Under the pieces are notes generated by a model. That model worked only from the letters and a program-made list of their open reading frames with translations. It was not told the DNA's origin and searched no databases. A DNA stretch of 64,000 nt from Macrostomum hystrix (lineage: Eukaryota > Animalia > Platyhelminthes), in NCBI GenBank assembly GCA_950097015.1, contig CATNEN010000038.1, forward strand, positions 24,428,001 through 24,492,000, read 5' to 3'. Shown piece after piece: positions 61,459 through 64,000 of the stretch; position 1 is the first letter of the stretch; each line of letters starts with the position of its first letter. The position numbers and the translations under genes are program-made.

Positions 61459-64000
61459 GTGAGCTTCCTGCAGCTGAACCTGCACCACTGCATCGCGGCC
61501 TCGACCAACCTGGCGCGTGTGGTGGACTTCGAAAAACCGGGCATCATCCTCCTCCAAGAGCCCTGGACGAAGAAAGGTAAGATTCCGAACATTCCTGCTG
61601 GTTTTGACTGTTTTTTCATGCCCCAAAACCCCAGGGCTGCTGTGTTCGCGACTACCGATCTTAAAGCTTGGTATAGACCAGACCTCTCTGACAAAGACCT
61701 CTGTGTCATCCAAACCAACCACATTCTCCCGAACCGCACCGTCATCATCGCCTCTATATACATTCCTGGTGACGGTCCTGCGGTTCCGCCCAGTCTCACT
61801 TCCCTCGTGGACTACTGCTCAGACCGCGACTTTGAGCTGCTGGTGGCAGGCGACATTAATGCCCACCACACCCACTGGGGCAGTGTTACCTCCAACTGCA
61901 GAGGCGAGGATCTCCTTGCCTACATCTGCACCACCAATATTGAGTTCTGCAACTCGGGTGGCACACCCACCTTTGACAATGGACGATGGACGGAGGTCCT
62001 TGACGCCACCCTCGCCTCTCAGGGCCTGATCCCTCTGATTAGGAACTGGCAGGTGTGGGACGAAGAGGAATCTCTGTCTGACCATCGCTTCATTCGTTTC
62101 CGGTTGCTAAGCTCCTACTCCAAGCCTGGTATTCTGTGGAGAAGGAACGCCCGGAATACTGACTGGACGGCCTTTGCGGAATCCGTGAAGCGCCAGACCA
62201 ACCAGTTAGAATCCGTTGTTCCTGCCACCTGTCAAGAAGTGGACGATCTGGCTGATCTACTCAGCATGACCATCTTGACAGCTCATGAAACCTCTTGCCC
62301 TCTTAAAGCCTACAAAGGCAAAAAATCCGCTCCCTGGTGGAACCCAGCGCTTGGAACCCTCCGGCGAAAGGCCAAATCCCTCCAGCGGATTGCGCGGAAA
62401 AGCAAGGACCCAGCTGACCTGACCGCCTACCAGAATGCGATTCGTGACTTTAAGCGTGACACCAGGAAAGCGAAGTCCGAAAAGTGGCGCCAATACTGCT
62501 CCGAGCTGGAGGGCGCCCGCCCAACTTCTCGCGTTGTAAAAGCGCTCACTCTTGACAAAATGTCGAAGCTCTCAGTGATCAAAAGACCGGACGGCCGGCT
62601 TGCTGAGAATCCTGGCGAATCGCTGGACATCATGCTCGCCAGCGCCTTCCCCCAGACTGCGCCGCTTCAGGACCCGCCGGACCACACTCCGGGTGGACAC
62701 ATCCTTGCGACAACTATTTTCACTAGAGAACGGACAGCTCGCGCTGCTAACTCCTTCTCGCCTTTTAAGTCGCCTGGACCTGACAACATTTACCCCGCCT
62801 TCTTACATGAAGCGGTAAAAAATGACAGGTTCCTCGGCCTCCTTTGCAACCTGTTCAAGGCCTGTATCACCCTCGGGTACGTACCCAGGTCTTGGCAGGA
62901 AGCCACTATCGTCTTCATCCCCAAACCTGGGAAGGGAGACTACCACTCCGCCAAAGCCTTCCGCCCCATCAGCTTAACATCTTTCTTTCTTAAGCTGCTT
63001 GAAAGGCTTGTTCTTTGGCGCCTCCTTCACGTTGAGCTGAGGAACTCCCCGCTCTCCGCCAACCAGCACGCCTTTCGATCCGGACGTTCCATCGAAAGTG
63101 CTCTGCATGCCATTGTCGACAAGCTGGAGCGCGCCGTGCTTGGCACCGGTTTTGCTCTCTCGCTTTTCCTCGACATTGATGGTGCCTTCGACAATGTGCT
63201 CTTCGGAGCCTTTAGGCGAGCCCTGGAACGCCGGGCTACGCACGAGCACCTCACCCGCTGGATCATGTATATGATCTCTCACCGAACTGCCACCTCGCAC
63301 CTGCTTGGACACTCCCGTTCTGTGAATGTCCAGAAGGGAGGCCCGCAGGGTGGCGTTCTCAGTCCGATCCTTTGGAACCTTGTCATGGACGAACTGCTCT
63401 GCAGCCCTGACCCGGACCCGGTCCAAAAAATCGGCTATGCTGACGACGTCACCGCCACCGTGGCCGGACCGTCTCCCCCGGTCCTTAGAGACCTTCTGCA
63501 AGCTTTCATCCACCGTGCCGAACGCTGGGCCAATGGCTGCGGCCTCAAACTCTCTGAGTCCAAGACCGTCGCCATTATGTTCACCAGCAAACGAAACTGG
63601 AGGATTGAGCCTCTCCTTCTCTATAACAAACCAATCGCCATGGAGAAGCAAACCAGATGCTTAGGTGTCATCCTCGACCACAGGTTGAGCTGGACACCTC
63701 ACGTCAAATTCAAAACCCGTAAAGCTCTTGCGACGCTCGCGCAGATTCGCAGAGCCTTCGGCGCCACCTGGGGCCTCACCCCCCGCCGTCTCTGGTGGAT
63801 TTACACTACCATTGTAAGACCGGCCATCTCTTTTGCCGGCTTCATCTGGAATAGTGCCCTGGAGACCAAAGGGGTCCTGGAGGCCCTAAACAAGGTGCAG
63901 GGCCGTGCTTGTCGAGCCATCATGAGTGCGGCACCCTCCACTCCCTTCGCTGGCATGAATGCCTTCCTGGACCTTCCCCCTTTAGATCTTTTTATCAAGG
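61459..64000 (+). CDS. LINE ORF2: apurinic-like endonuclease plus reverse transcriptase (3' incomplete; frame open from 61300, start uncertain)
   Basis: FLQLNLHHC, LLQEPW, ASIYIP, GDINAHH..WGS, GGTPTF, LSDHRFI; KSPGPDNI, FIPKPGK, FRPISLTS, FLDIDGAFD, PQGGVLSP, GYADD; no stop seen to the window end. Confidence 0.93.
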   Translation, partial: MSFLQLNLHHCIAASTNLARVVDFEKPGIILLQEPWTKKGKIPNIPAGFDCFFMPQNPRAAVFATTDLKAWYRPDLSDKDLCVIQTNHILPNRTVIIASIYIPGDGPAVPPSLTSLVDYCSDRDFELLVAGDINAHHTHWGSVTSNCRGEDLLAYICTTNIEFCNSGGTPTFDNGRWTEVLDATLASQGLIPLIRNWQVWDEEESLSDHRFIRFRLLSSYSKPGILWRRNARNTDWTAFAESVKRQTNQLESVVPATCQEVDDLADLLSMTILTAHETSCPLKAYKGKKSAPWWNPALGTLRRKAKSLQRIARKSKDPADLTAYQNAIRDFKRDTRKAKSEKWRQYCSELEGARPTSRVVKALTLDKMSKLSVIKRPDGRLAENPGESLDIMLASAFPQTAPLQDPPDHTPGGHILATTIFTRERTARAANSFSPFKSPGPDNIYPAFLHEAVKNDRFLGLLCNLFKACITLGYVPRSWQEATIVFIPKPGKGDYHSAKAFRPISLTSFFLKLLERLVLWRLLHVELRNSPLSANQHAFRSGRSIESALHAIVDKLERAVLGTGFALSLFLDIDGAFDNVLFGAFRRALERRATHEHLTRWIMYMISHRTATSHLLGHSRSVNVQKGGPQGGVLSPILWNLVMDELLCSPDPDPVQKIGYADDVTATVAGPSPPVLRDLLQAFIHRAERWANGCGLKLSESKTVAIMFTSKRNWRIEPLLLYNKPIAMEKQTRCLGVILDHRLSWTPHVKFKTRKALATLAQIRRAFGATWGLTPRRLWWIYTTIVRPAISFAGFIWNSALETKGVLEALNKVQGRACRAIMSAAPSTPFAGMNAFLDLPPLDLFIK

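Larger units (their letters stand above)
59761..64000 (+). mobile_element. Non-LTR retrotransposon (LINE), R1/LOA-like, apparently 5'-complete; runs off the window
   Basis: Abrupt GC-rich start CAGTC after (ACTG)n; ~175-nt 5'UTR; ORF1 plus overlapping APE-RT ORF2. Confidence 0.92.

Noticed and set aside
59934-63998. Antisense and alternative-frame ORFs over the LINE (likewise over NFXL1, cathepsin B and WSC exons)
   Set aside because: Shadow ORFs of GC-rich coding sequence with no recognisable motifs.

Overview
Eukaryotic (animal) genomic DNA with spliceosomal introns. Almost every intron and intergenic gap carries its own tandem repeat. This architecture and the gene set suggest a flatworm such as Macrostomum (inference, not shown directly). 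Left to right: (1) 3' part of a TRPM2-like channel with a C-terminal NUDT9-homology domain (+, 12 exons, to 11386). (2) A compact secreted neuropeptide precursor ending in a CNMamide/urotensin-II-like cyclic 13-mer. (3) Two sibling MITEs with 8-bp TSDs. (4) A terminus-complete non-autonomous Helitron carrying a PIF1 helicase remnant and a nested hAT-like MITE. (5) An MFSD6-like transporter. (6) NFXL1, with an intronless class A GPCR nested antisense in its last intron. (7) Cathepsin B (-). (8) A decayed piggyBac transposase fragment beside a CCAAT-box array. (9) A two-WSC-domain protein whose last micro-exon can encode an SDEL ER-retention signal. (10) An apparently intact R1/LOA-type LINE running off the right edge. 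Most long ORFs in the supplied track are artefacts of tandem repeats. The most unusual signals are a shared (A)ACAGGT/TCTA(G) core in many different minisatellites, the non-amidated CNMa-like peptide, a praziquantel-pocket-like signature and remodelled Nudix box in the TRPM, and the SDEL micro-exon. Exon boundaries were read by eye from GT/AG signals and frame continuity; no database searches were run.
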